DNA of 64,000 bases from Octopus sinensis (taxonomy: Eukaryota): contig NC_042998.1 of the NCBI RefSeq assembly GCF_006345805.1, positions 46,624,001 through 46,688,000 on the forward strand, in the 5' to 3' direction. Below, piece by piece: positions 12,300-24,720 of this stretch. The translations under genes and the position numbers were made by a program. Each line of letters begins with the position of its first letter. Position 1 is the first letter of the stretch. Below the pieces are notes generated by a model, which saw only the letters and a list, made by a program, of their open reading frames with translations, was not told the origin of the DNA and did no database searches.

Positions 12300-12522
12300 C
12301 TCTCTCTATATATATAATTATACGTGCGCACGTGCGCGTGTGTGTATATTTTGCTTGTCCTCCACCACATCTTGACAGCCGGTGTTGGTGTGTTTATGTC
12401 CCTGTAACTAAGCCGTACGGCTAAACACACCGGTAGAATAAGTACCAAGCATAAACAAATAAGTACTGATGTCGATTTGTTTGACTAAAAATCATCAGAG
12501 CAATACCCCTACGTGGTGTAGT
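12300..12522 (+). mobile_element. 3' half of OR-type SINE
   Basis: ttgacagccggtgttggtgtgtttatgtccctgtaact...gaataagtac... matches the 3' half of the 39502-39910 copy. Confidence 0.75.
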
Positions 12523-12633
12523 CTAAACACACGCGCACACACACACACACACACGTACACTCATATGTATATATAAATACACACACATACACTCATATAT
12601 ATATATGTGTGTGTGTGTGTGTGTTTGTGTATG

Positions 12634-12718
<85 letters not shown>

Positions 12719-12824
12719 ATACACATACACATAATCACACACATACACACGCACACATAATCCACAACGCATCGTGAATGAGAAGGACTAGAATGAATTT
12801 TAACTTTAGAAAGCTTAAAAGCTT

Positions 12825-13290
12825 AAGGGCGACGAGGTAACAAAATCCTTAGCGCGCCGGACAAAATGCTTAGCGGCATTTCGTCCGTCTTCACGTTCTG
12901 AGTTCATGTTCCACCAAGTTCGACTTAGCCTTTGATTCTTTCGGAGACAATAATATAAGTACCAGTTTAGCACTTGGATTGATTTTTATCGACATAGACT
13001 CTTTCCCGTACCTATTTCTTTATTACCCACTAGGGGCTAAACACAGAGGGGACAAACAAGGACAGACACACGGATTAAGTCGATTACATCGACCCCAGTG
13101 CGTAACTGGTACTTATGTAATCGACCCCGAAAGGATGAAAGGCAAAGTCGACCACCGCGGAATTTGAACTCAGAACGTAACGACAGACGAAATACGGCTA
13201 CGCATTTTACCCGGCGTGCTAACGTTTTTGCCAGCTCGCCTTTCCCATACCTGCTGGCATTGGGCCAAAATTTGAAACCAATATTAGAAA
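12825..13290 (+). mobile_element. SINE family A interrupted by an antisense SINE (family B tail) at 13014-13239
   Basis: 13-bp TSD ctttccc(g/a)tacct at 13001-13013 and 13240-13252. The host SINE tail (ccaaaatttgaaaccaatatt) resumes after the insert. Confidence 0.85.
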
Positions 13291-13374
13291 ACCTGGGGAC
13301 TGATTGATATAGATGTCTGTAATGAGAATCTAATAAGTTTCGAAAATCGATTAATGTTGTTCATCACTTTTACA

Positions 13375-13805
13375 ATAAGCCAGCGAGCTGGTAGAATCGT
13401 TAGCATACCGGGCAAAATGCTTTTCCGTAAGTCTTTATTTCTTGAGTTCAAATTCTGCCGAAATCGACTTTGCGTTTTATCATTTCAGAATCGATAAAAT
13501 AAGTACCAGTCGCGTACTGGGGTTGATGTAGTCGACTTACATCCTTCCACGAAATTGCTGGCCTTGTTCCAATATTTAAAACTAATATTAGAAAGCCTGA
13601 AAGCGGTGGTCTAGCAGAATCATAAGCACCCCGGGCAAAATGCTTAGCGACATTTGTGTGTTCTAAGTTCAAATTCCGTCGAGTTCGACCTTGCCTTTCA
13701 TCTTTCCGGGGTCGATAAAATAAATTTGAGATGTGCGCTGGGGGTGATAAAATCGACAAGGTTCCTCCCCCCAAAATTTCAGTACTTGTGCCTATATTAG
13801 AAAAT
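13375..13805 (+). mobile_element. Two tandem SINE family A copies
   Basis: Heads agcgagctggtagaatcgttagc (~13382) and agcggtggtctagcagaatc (~13601), each followed by the core. Confidence 0.85.
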
Positions 13806-14765
13806 AATTTTAATCTTATTTTTTACTTATCCACGAATCTTTATGAATTCTATAATCAATTTACCTCTTCAGCAACCACCAGCATTAACTTTATCGTCCC
13901 TGAAGCGAAGAAATATTAAGCGGAATATGGTAAGTTTAAAATTTAAAACAAGGAAGGCCGAAACTAAATGTCTTATTACATTTTGTTTAGTAGATTAACG
14001 TTTGCCCTATCACGCTGTGCTCTCTTATTGAAGTATCATTAAAAAGTAAAATGATTTTTCCCCCCTAATTTTTAGATAGCGATAGGTATGTGTGGGGTAT
14101 TTTAGGAGTTTATAACTGAAATGTATTCCACTGTATACCTCTAATGTTAGAAACTGAAATACCATCTGTAGAAACTGGCTTGGCATGTTCCTTTTAGTGA
14201 TGGCACGATATCATAGCTGACAGGCTTTATGTTCAAATGAACAAAAGTAGGGAATAGATTTCTGTTTCTTTTCCTTTTCCATTGGCATTAGATAGGAGGT
14301 GAAATCCAAAGATTTTAAACAGCAATAGTTCTAATAAATCGACAATGGCACGTCTTAGTAAAATACTCTCAATTCTCACATGTCAGCAGATTGTGCTTAA
14401 AGTTCTGTGAACTGGTGTGGCTTCGCATTTTGATCGACAGTTATTATCATTTACACTGGTCCAGCTAAACGACAACAGTTTCAGAATAAAATACGATAAA
14501 ATATTTTATCAGTACAAATAGCATAGCGGCCACAGCAATAACAATAGTAATAGTAGCAATAAAGATGATAGCAGTAGTAATAGTCGTAATGATGATGAGT
14601 AGTAATAGTAGTAATAGTGGTAGCAGTAGTAGTAATAGTTTCGTATTGATGACGTTGGTGCTGTAGCAATAGTAATGAATTGCTGAACAAAATACCAAGC
14701 CGTGTTTAGCTACGGGCTTTCATATACTGAGTTCAGATTATCTTACCCTTTCATCCTATCAGAAA

Positions 14766-15427
14766 TCACCAAAGTACCCGTCACATACTGAGGATCGCTT
14801 ACCATTTAAACCGGCCTTATCCGACCAAAATATTCTGCTAGCTTTATGTTCAAACGTAGAGGTGCGTGGCTCAGTGGTTAGGGTGTCAGCATCATGATCG
14901 TAACATTGTGGTTTCGATTCCTGGACCGAGCGACGCGTTGTGTTTTTGAGCAAAACACTTCATTTCACGTTGCTCCAGTCCACTCAGCTGGCAAAAATGA
15001 GTAACGCTGCGATGGACTGGTGTCTCGTCCAGCTGGGGAACACATACGCCATAGAAACCGGGAAACTGGGCCCATGAGACTGGCTAGGCTTTAAAAGGGC
15101 GCATTTATTTATTTATTTATTTTATTTATGTTCAAACTGGCCAGATCTTGCCTCTCACACCTATCCTGCAATGTCATTCTAAAAATAAACAATCACATCA
15201 TCAAAATTTCGATGCTAGAAAGCAATTTGTGATCAATTCAAATCAATGTAAATAAATAAAGATTACATCCAATCAGGAGTCACCAAAGTACCCGTCACGA
15301 ACTGATAGTCGCTTAGCATTTAAACCGGCCTGATCCGGTTGCTACAACACAATTTATGATTAATTCAAATCAATGTGAATAAATAAGCATTACATTTGAC
15401 AAAATGATCTGCATGCGAAAGAGTTAA
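14766..15427. mobile_element. Unclassified MITE-like repeat, partly duplicated, hosting a SINE
   Basis: tcaccaaagtacccgtcac...catttaaaccggcc occurs at 14766 and 15280. The right end ...aaagagTTAA suggests a piggyBac-like TTAA site; no clean left TIR. Confidence 0.45.
14856..15124 (+). mobile_element. tRNA-derived SINE with V-domain-like segment and (TTTA)n tail
   Basis: A box gtggctcagtgg, B box gtttcgattcc, gcgatggactggtgtctcgtccag (V-SINE-like, from recall), and 13-bp TSD tttatgttcaaac (14843-14855, 15125-15137). Confidence 0.88.
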
Positions 15428-15689
15428 TCGAGCATATGTTTCACAGAACATTTTCGACCTTCCCTTATGTTAGAAGTTATTTTGTTTATTAGGAAGTAGA
15501 AAAGCAGTGAATTTACGGTATTTAGGTAGATTTCTTTTCTTTTGTAATTTTTTTGGAAGGGATGGGTATTAAATCCAAGGTTGTAAAACCTAGCTTTTCA
15601 TTCTTCCGGGTGGCTAAATATCTGTAGTATAATGGGATTTGATGTAATCGATTATAAATATGTATGTTCTTATATTTTATTAAATGTTG

Positions 15690-15950
15690 TTGTTCTTGTC
15701 CTTTTTTTCTTCTTTCTCCTCCTCTTCTTCTTGTTCTTGTTCTTCGCCTTGTTATTGTTCTTGTTCTTGTTCTTGTTCTTGTTCTTGTTCTTGTTCTTCT
15801 TGTTCTTGTTCTTGTTGTTCTTCTTCTTGTTCTTCTTCTTCTTGTTCTTGTTCTTGTTCTTGTTCTTCTTGTTCTTCTTCTTCTTCTTCTTCTTCTTCTT
15901 CTTCTTCTTCTTCTTCTTCTTCTTCTTCTTCTTCTTCTTCTTCTTCGTCT
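15690..15950. repeat. (TTG/TTC)n compound trinucleotide repeat
   Basis: Direct reading. It gives the poly-F/L/S and poly-E/Q ORFs. Confidence 0.97.
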
Positions 15951-15952
15951 TC

Positions 15953-16309
15953 TTTACTTAGTTGGCAACACCAGTCAGATAAAACCTGATGGCCGCAAGA
16001 AGCTCCTATACATGGTTCCATTATTTTCAACCTATCATCGATAGTTAAATCCAGACTTCAATAATCAAGTATTTTCCCGTGTATTACCTTGGCTTATGGG
16101 GGAGTTTTCCCTGCAAACATTTCAAGTTGCCAAATTGACAAATTTAAGGTTTACTGAAAGGTAATGTCCACCACAAGGTTGTTGCAGCGTGGTGCATTGT
16201 GTGTCTCAATGAACCTCAGAGCCATTCCAGCGGAGCACAAATTTATGATAGGGCCTCCCATGCTGCACAGGTCGAAGGATACAGGCCTCACTAATATGGA
16301 CTTCCATAT
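15953..16309 (+). mobile_element. 357-bp repeat module, copy 1; 3' ~145 bp resembles RTE 5' UTR
   Basis: About 12 substitutions and no indels versus 30143-30499. ccacaaggttgttgcagcgtggt..gtgtgtctcaatgaacctcagagc..agggcctcccatgc..caggtcgaagg resembles RTE/BovB 5' UTRs (recall). Confidence 0.75.
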
Positions 16310-16384
16310 TATTATTATTATTATTATTATTGTTGTTGTTATTGCTGTTGTTGTTGTTGTTGTTGCTGTTGTTGTTGTTGTTGT

Positions 16385-16430
<46 letters not shown>

Positions 16431-16457
16431 TGTAGTAGTAGTAGTTGTATTACCATC

Positions 16458-16686
16458 AAGGCGGTGAGCTGGCTGAATCGTTAGCACTCCGAGCAAAATG
16501 CTTAACGGCATTTCGTCCATCTCTAGGTTTTGAGTTCAAATTTCACCGAGATCGATCCTGCCTTTCATCCTTTCGGGGTCGATAAATTAAGTACCAGTTG
16601 AACACTGCGGTCGATGTAGTCAACTAGCCCTTTCCCCTCAAACTTGCTGGTCTTGTGCCAAAATTTGAAACAACAACAACAACAAC

Positions 16687-16743
<57 letters not shown>

Positions 16744-17187
16744 TGGACTGTGGGGGGCGATGTAATCAACCAATCACCCCACCACCACGAAGTTTCTGGC
16801 CATGTGCCAAAATTTGAAACTAGTATTCAAATTCCGCCGACATCGAATTTGCTTTTCAAACTTCGAGGACCGATAAAATAAGTACCAGTTAAAAACTGGG
16901 GTCGATGTAATTGATTTACCCTTTTCCCCCAAATTTCAGACCTTGTGCCTATAGCAGAAAAGATTATTATTATCATCATCAGCATCATCATCATCATCAT
17001 CATCATTATCATCATCACATCGGACAAAATGTTTAGCAGCATATCTTTCGGCTTAACGTTCAAATGTCGTCGAGGTCAACCTTTTTGTTTATCATTTTAC
17101 GGGTCGAAAAGATAAGTATTAGTTAACCCCTGGAGTTAATGTAGTCAACTCCACCACCTCAAAATTGCTGGCCTTGTGCCAAAATTA

Positions 17188-17190
<3 letters not shown>
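16458..17190 (+). mobile_element. Cluster of SINE family A copies separated by (CAA)/(TAA)/(CAT) runs
   Basis: Full copy at 16458-16672; partial copies at ~16745-16825, 16826-16965 and 17020-17190. Confidence 0.85.
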
Positions 17191-17222
<32 letters not shown>

Positions 17223-17749
17223 TGCCCTGGTGCAGTACCAGACAGTGGCTCTCATGGCTTCTGATCTTAACTGATTGGAAGTGTTATCATATACATTGTT
17301 TTGTCTTGGTATAAAAGATGGGCTACAGCAAATATTCTGCTCAATACCACAGATTTGCTTGACCTTAACCCGTTGAGCATGTCCCCTAGTGGCTGATGAT
17401 ATGTGCATCTTTGATCACGAGGAGAAGTAGTGGGGGAGCATCATAGCCATGTATTGAGAGGAATTCTTTGGGGTTTGAATAATTCACCCTTGGAAACATG
17501 AGTGTTTCGTTCAACATCTTTAAACAACCCTTATTCAGTACCTTTTGAGCAGGATGAGCTACTCGACCTGAATAGCCCCACCTGCAAGGTCATGTGCTGT
17601 TTATCTTGATATGAAATCATGTCGCGCACATATGGTTGTGATGCATGCGCCTGGTGCACCCTTATCAGACGGGTAGTCATGATGGGTATACTGGGCTTTG
17701 TATATTTTACCCCAGTGTCATTTTGATGGCATGCACTGCTCTCTCACTC

Positions 17750-17750
<1 letters not shown>
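17223..17750 (+). mobile_element. ~530-bp element embedded in (TAA)n; possible non-autonomous R4/Dong derivative
   Basis: Starts tgccctggtgcagtaccag right after (AAT)n and ends ctctctcactc before (AAT)n. A homologous copy lies on the minus strand at ~44085-44552. Confidence 0.75.
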
Positions 17751-17811
<61 letters not shown>

Positions 17812-18647
17812 CAATAACAATTGGAGGGTTCTAAGCACTTGAAAGACTACTCAAAACTTGTAGGTTACAGGCAGTAACCCACTACCCACATAAATCGTAC
17901 CAGGAATGAGACCGAACGTGAGCCAAACCAAAATGATAATAATTTCTTCATTAACCACAAAGGGTTTATATTAAGAAAGACATGGACAGTACAAGACAAA
18001 ACAAAGAATGTGTGTGTGTGAATGTGTGTTGTTGTGAGGGTTTTGCATGTAAAACAGGTTAACATAATGGAAAAAATTCACGAATGTGTAATCCTCAATG
18101 GAGAAGAGACGTTCGAAAAATCCTATAAAACCATGGGTGACCTGACTTTCGGGGCAGTTGCCTTTTCTCCTCTTCCTCCAATTACAAGCATATGCTCAAG
18201 GCTAGCCCGTTCACTTGCACGATTCTCGTCACATTTCAGCGAACTCGCTCGAAGACAACACTTCCCTCTCTACCTTCATTTTTCTCTTGAAGTGAAAGTT
18301 GAGGAAGTTGATCAGGGATTGGGCTGAGAGAAAGGCGTTTGTCTTCAGCCCCTTTAGTCTCGTCTACCATAAACCTCTTTCGTCATGGTCACCAGATATA
18401 TAAGGATAGCTTGCCCTTCCCGGTTAAAGAAAGGCGGCGGGGTAATCTTCACGATGGATTCAGTTGACATCCTGATCTGTTCCACGCGCGACAGCGATAA
18501 TGATAAAAGCAAGCAATTAATGGCGTTTGTGCTGTGGATTAAATTCAATCGAAGATCGTTCGTTGAAATGGTTGACTTCACTGAAGCATATGGTTTGTCC
18601 CATCACACTTTGTGCGAATTGATAAAATTAGTTGATAATATTAGGGT

Positions 18648-18825
18648 GGGTGTGTTGTAAGAAGCTAACCTGCTTCACAATGACATGGTCCTGGGTTCAG
18701 TCCCATTGCGTGGCACCTTGGGCAAGTGTCTTCTACTGTAGCCTCGAGCTGACCAAAGCCTTATGAGTGGGTTTGGTAAACGGAAGCTGAAAGAAGCCTG
18801 TCGTATATATATATATATATATATA

Positions 18826-18911
<86 letters not shown>

Positions 18912-19127
18912 GCGTGCGTGCGTGTATTTATATGTGTCTTTATGTCTGTTTGTTCCTCCACTATCTCTTGACAACCGGTGTTGGTGCATTTATGTCCCCG
19001 TAATTTAGAGGTTCGGCAAAAGAGACCGACAGAATAAGTACTAGGCTTACAAAGAATAAAACTCTTTAAGCCAGTGCTCAAGCTTGGCCGCAGTCATATG
19101 ACTAAAACAAGTAAAAGAATAAAAGAA
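18648..19127 (+). mobile_element. OR-type composite SINE with long internal (TA)n(TG)n
   Basis: gggttcagtcccattgcgtggcaccttgggcaagtgtcttc (CORE-like), ~125-bp microsatellite, 3' half ending aagtaaaagaataaaaga. Confidence 0.9.
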
Positions 19128-20539
19128 TATACCAGAAATGAGGAATCCCTGTCAACAACAGAAAAAAACAAACACACACAACATCAACTGATATATTAAC
19201 AGGAATATTCTGAATTCTATATTGTTAGTAAGTTAATAGTAAAATTAATGACGTTGAAGCTGATGTCGAAAAAGCAGCTGTATAGTTCGTTGGCAGAGGA
19301 ATTATATTTCAAATTGAGACGAATTTTAATAAAGAAACATAAAGGCGACTGAATTTAAGCAAGTAGACATCATAAAACCTTGCTTTGAAAGCGTCGAAGC
19401 TCATTTAACAAAACTCCCATACTGAAAATCATAATCTGGTAAGTAAAGAAAACAAAAAAATATTGAGACGGACATTTAGAAACTATAAAAGCAAAAAATG
19501 ACGCAAACCATCAGATAAGCAATATACAGAAAATTTAAACGAAAAACAATACTTAGACACAGATAAAATGATTGAGGAAACGAAAGGGAGGTGGAGGGGG
19601 GAGAGGAAAAGAGAGAGAAAGTGAGAGAGGAGATGGAGAAATACGGATAGAAAGAGATGCTGACACCCAAAAAGATAAACATAAATATTCTGAGACATTG
19701 ACATTGAGGCAGGAGAACATCAACACGGTGATAAAGAAACAAAGTTGATAATAATTGCTGAGTCACAAGAATACTCAGATAAAACCCGCCGATTCAGTTA
19801 CGAACATTCACAATTTCTCTGTCTTTCACACACAAACATATATACGTAATATACACAAAACGCACACATACACAAATACACACACACATACACACATACA
19901 CACACGCGCAGAAAGTGTGAGACAAAATGAGAGTGATGTAAAGATATAACGACAGAGAGAAAGAAAGAGACTTGAAAATTAATTAGCTACAATGACATAG
20001 GTAGTGAAATGGAAATTGAAAGAGCGTTACAAAATGAGGAAAGAAGAGATGATTGGGCGAGAGAGATTTTGAAGTATGCATTAATTAGCCCGAGATGCAA
20101 ACATACGAAGAGAAATTGGAGACATACATAGATACACATATAAGCATACTGTACTAATTAGGACATTTTGTAAAGTAATTTTAATTGAGATTGCATGAGT
20201 GGATACACCAGGCAAATGTAAACAAATGCCTGTGCAATCTGTCCATTGGTAAACATAAGGAACCTGTTAAATAGGTTTGATTCCGATTTCGGATACGCAT
20301 CAAGATCACTACACCCGTCCGTTATGTATCTGGGGAGCCATTATACATATATTTATATACATGTATGTATGTATGTATGTATGTATGTATGTATGTATGT
20401 ATGTATGTATGTATGTATGTATGTATGTATGTATGTATGTGTTTGTATGTGTGTGTGAGTGTGTGTTTTGGGGATACAGCAAGCCAACGATTGTTCTATT
20501 TGTTTACTGTCTGATCTTGAAAGAAATTTTTCTCGTCTG

Positions 20540-21121
20540 AGAAAAACCCAAGCATGTTCGGTTGGAAGGGATGCTTAAGTTTGTTCAAAAGCGTTCCTCT
20601 TGTCCTTGATGGCTTAGGATAAAAAATGATTCTTTGTAATCTTGTATGAGGAATACTGAATGTCTTCATGCCCTACCTGCTTGATAAGAAACTCAGACAC
20701 TCCCATGTCCCTGCCGATGGACCTGATTAACTTGGAGGGCTCGTTGTCAATCATAGCCTGGATCCAACCAACAAATTCAGGAGTCCTTTTTTTATCAGGG
20801 CGATCAGAGCAAGAATTCCGAGCTGCTGTACCTTCGTAGTCATCATTAGACTCATCCAACTCTTTCCGAAACCCCAGCACTGTCCTCAGATTGACACCCA
20901 AACACTCTGAAATGGTCGTATCGGAGCTTTCGGCGCGAATGCTAAACAGGACAGCATGTCTTTTCGAAATTTCTTGCAGAGTGAATTGCGTCATGGTCCT
21001 GTTTTGTCACAGACGGTGCCCAGCTGACTCTACTATAGTATGTAGTCGATAAAATCAAAAATAAACAATGCACATGCGCGAAATTAAAAATATAAAATGG
21101 CGACAATTTATCCATCACACC

Positions 21122-21124
<3 letters not shown>
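20540..21124 (-). mobile_element. Tc1/mariner (maT/DD37D-like) 5' fragment
   Basis: TA plus TIR CAGGGTGTGATGGATAAATTG on the minus strand. ORF 20614-20994 encodes an HTH-like N-terminus (KRTPEFVGWIQAMIDNEPSKLIRSIGRDMGVSEFLIKQVGHEDIQYSSYK). The catalytic domain is missing. Confidence 0.8.
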
Positions 21125-21153
<29 letters not shown>

Positions 21154-21194
21154 GAATTAATCTTCTCTCTTCGCTCTTATACGCCATTTGGTCT

Positions 21195-21860
21195 CAACTC
21201 TCCCCCCTCCTCATCTAACACCCCCTCTCCCCCCTCCTCACCTATCATTTCTCCCCCGACCCCTACTTCTTCAGTCCTTCATCCTTTCACCCCTACTCCC
21301 CTTCCCTCTTCCCTCTTTCTCCCTCCTCTTCCCCTTCCCTCTGCTCCCTCACTCCCTCTCTCCCCTTCTCTCTTCCCCTCTCCCTATTTCCCTCCTTCAT
21401 CCCCCTCCTCACCTTCCTTCTCCCCCATCGTCTCCTCTTCCCCTTCTCCTCCCCCTCTTCTCCCCCTCCCCTTCTCCCCCTCCCCCTCTTCTCCTCACTA
21501 CACCACATGACTTTACACATCACATCACATATGATGTGCCATACTAATACCACACCAACTAATACATACTAATACGTACTAATACATACTAGTACATACT
21601 AATACTTACACCACCCTATACATACACACGTCCAGACTCCGCATACGCACTTATACTCTCACACACACACACACACACCTATACATACCAATACGTACTA
21701 ATACATACTAATACATACTAATACATACACCACCCCATACATACGCACGTCCAGACCAATCTTACGCACTAATACTCTCTCATACACACACACACACACA
21801 CACACCCTTATACATACTAATACATACACCAACCCTATACATACACACATCCAGACCCCT
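21195..21860. repeat. C/T-rich low-complexity tract followed by a three-unit ~110-125-bp minisatellite
   Basis: Units (aatacatact)n..acacc.ccctatacatac.cac.tccagac...acgcact recur at ~21600, ~21720 and ~21820. Confidence 0.85.
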
Positions 21861-21939
21861 CCCACGCACTTTTAGCTGGTCCCTCAACCCTTTTATCAAC
21901 CCTATTATCTCCCCTTATTTCGCTCTCGCGTCTCATGTT

Positions 21940-22178
21940 TGATCTTTGACCTCTGCCGAAATCAGATCGCCATGTTGATTCGTTAGCTACTGCACGCATT
22001 TTTTTTTCTCTCCTTCTTTCTGTGTTTTTCTCTCTCGTGTATCTTTCTGTTGAAGAGCGTAAGCTCGAAACGTTAAAGACTTGTTTTATTTATATTTCCT
22101 GAGCGCCATACTAATACAATTGTTCGTTTGTTTTCCACCTGCCTTCGTCTTTTGTTTATTTTCATAAAGCTTCCCGTT
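21940..22178 (+). mobile_element. Penelope-like terminal repeat (pLTR) with hammerhead-like motif
   Basis: tTGAAGAGcgtaagctCGAAACGTT at 22050-22074. The element ends aaagcttcccg next to (TA)n, and the same end occurs inverted at 25017-25105. Confidence 0.65.
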
Positions 22179-22287
22179 ATATATATATATATATATAATA
22201 TATATATATATATTATATAATATACATATATATATACATATACATATATATATATATATACATACATACACACACATATATACACCC

Positions 22288-22346
<59 letters not shown>

Positions 22347-23134
22347 TATATATACATATACACATATATACATATACACATATGTGTATATATGCATGTA
22401 TGTATATATGCTCATAAACAGAGAAGTAATAATGAAAGTGGCAGTAAAGAGTTTAAAAGACAAAGAAACTCTAAAACAAGTTGATGGACAAACAACTAAA
22501 GAAGAAGATGGACAAGTAGTCACACAGATAGAGAGCCAGTTGGCCAGATAGACAGACGGCGAGAAACCCACAGAATCAGCTATACAAACAATAAAATAGA
22601 TAAACAGATACTCTAACAGACGGCCGAACTGCAAAAACAACAGCACCAACAGATAAATAAACACAAAGAGAATGAGAATGAGATATATTGGGTGACAGAA
22701 AGAAAAGCAGGACATCTTTAAGAAATTTGAAAGGAAGAAAACATTTGAAAGTCAGAATTTTTATATTCTCTCTTCTTTTTTCGCTCACTACTGAATCTAT
22801 ACTGTTCAACGACAACAAAATTGCGAGATCAACGCCCAGATATTAATTTATGGTTAGATTCTTATCTCGAGAGTTCTGCACAGCGTCTGTTTTTCAGTCA
22901 AGATCTTAAAGACGTTAATGGTGGCAAAGGAAGAGATTGGCTGAGATATATTTACAATAAACTGTATTAAATAAAATATGAGGAGAATATACATCACCAA
23001 CAACTAGAACACAACTAAAAACCATATGGCATTACAAAGATACGATACGGCTTCAAAACAATTTAGAAGTTAGAATGAAATTCCTTAAATTTTGGTCGAT
23101 TTACTCCTGAAATCTACCAAAACTTGACAGTAGT

Positions 23135-23370
23135 GTGTTTGTGTGTCTGTGTTTGTCCCCTCAAACTTCGCTTGACAACCGATACTGGATTGTGTACGTC
23201 TCTGTAACTGAGCGGTTCGGCAAAAGATACCTATAGAATAAGTACTAGGCTTACAAAGAATAAGTCCTGGGATCGATTTGCATGACTAAAAAAGGCGGTG
23301 CTCCAGCATGGCCACAATCAAATGACTGAAACAAGTAAAAGAGTAAAAAATGAGAGTAAAGAGTAGTATT
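23135..23370 (+). mobile_element. 3' half of OR-type SINE
   Basis: gtgtttgtccc..cgcttgacaaccgatactgg...ggcggtgctccagcatggccacaatcaaatgactgaaacaagtaaaagag. Confidence 0.88.
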
Positions 23371-24018
23371 TTGCTGATATGCCGCATTTAAAATGTTTCT
23401 AAACCAACGTGACGCTTTTCTCCAATCTACAAGTACTTCAAGTAGACAAATTAACCCTTAATACACTGCAATATTATCAATGAGTTTTAGAAAACGATAA
23501 CCTAGAATACTGGTTATAGAGTTTACTGTATATTCCTTTGTGCCAATATTGAACCAGTTTAATCGAATCATCCAAATGAAATTTGGCTGCTGGAATGAAA
23601 ACTAAAGAATGTCTTCCCCTTACAATCTGTTCTTTTTGGCGCGGTGATATTTAAGCTTGTCATTATGGATAACTTGGCATAACTTTATACGTGGAATATC
23701 CCAATCAGACTGCTGTTTCGCGAAAGCTCTAATACTTCATTGTTTTTACCGTAACTTTATTTCAGGTATTTATCTACAATTTAATTATTTAATATCTTCC
23801 TTTTATATTTTATCTTTTACGTATTTCAGTCATTGGACAGCAGCCATACTGGGGCACCGCCTTGAAGGGCATCAGTGGGAAGAATCGATACAAGTAGTTT
23901 TTAAAGCCTTCTATTGTCACTCATACCCAAGTTACAGAGGATGTAAACAAATCAAAATCGGTTGTCACGTGATAGTGGGAGACAAGCACAAAAACAAAAG
24001 TACATATTCACGCGTGTT

Positions 24019-24094
<76 letters not shown>

Positions 24095-24220
24095 CACATA
24101 CTTAGAAGCCCCAAGGCAAATCTGGCAGTAGGTATAATATTACTGTTGGATAGGCCTGGGTGAAATCTGAAAGTGGACGAGCTTTATACTGTGCCCTACT
24201 ACGTTCTTAACAGAATATAA

Positions 24221-24344
<124 letters not shown>

Positions 24345-24346
24345 TA

Positions 24347-24720
24347 CCTTACCTTGATTTACAAGTGTCCCAACTAACGAGTATCTCTCGGCCGATTTTT
24401 TGCTTTGAGTCGCGAGCTAAAATTCAGTTTACGAGCCAGCTTCAGATGCCCCACTGCTAGTTGGTGTAGCGAACGCCATTGGGAACGCCGTGACGTCCTT
24501 ATTTCCCAGCATCCGCGTCTCACTCGATAGCAAGACAGACATGCACGTTAGCAAGTACGAAGATCACTAGTTGATCGATAGCTAGACAGACAGGTTTTTT
24601 ATCGAAAACTCTTGCAGATGAAAGTGAGGAAAGCGTGGCGAAAAGGGCAACAATCAGTTGATTATTTCAGCCTTTCTTCTCCAGCCCCGTCAGCATCTTC
24701 AGGCCGTCTGTATATTATAC
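24347..24720 (-). promoter_or_regulatory. CpG-rich unique segment: candidate promoter/first exon with donor AG|GTAAGG
   Basis: Locally high CpG. On the minus strand: CRE-like GGACGTCA (~24491), CCAAT (~24478), and donor tcaag|gtaagg at ~24353. No transcript evidence. Confidence 0.3.
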
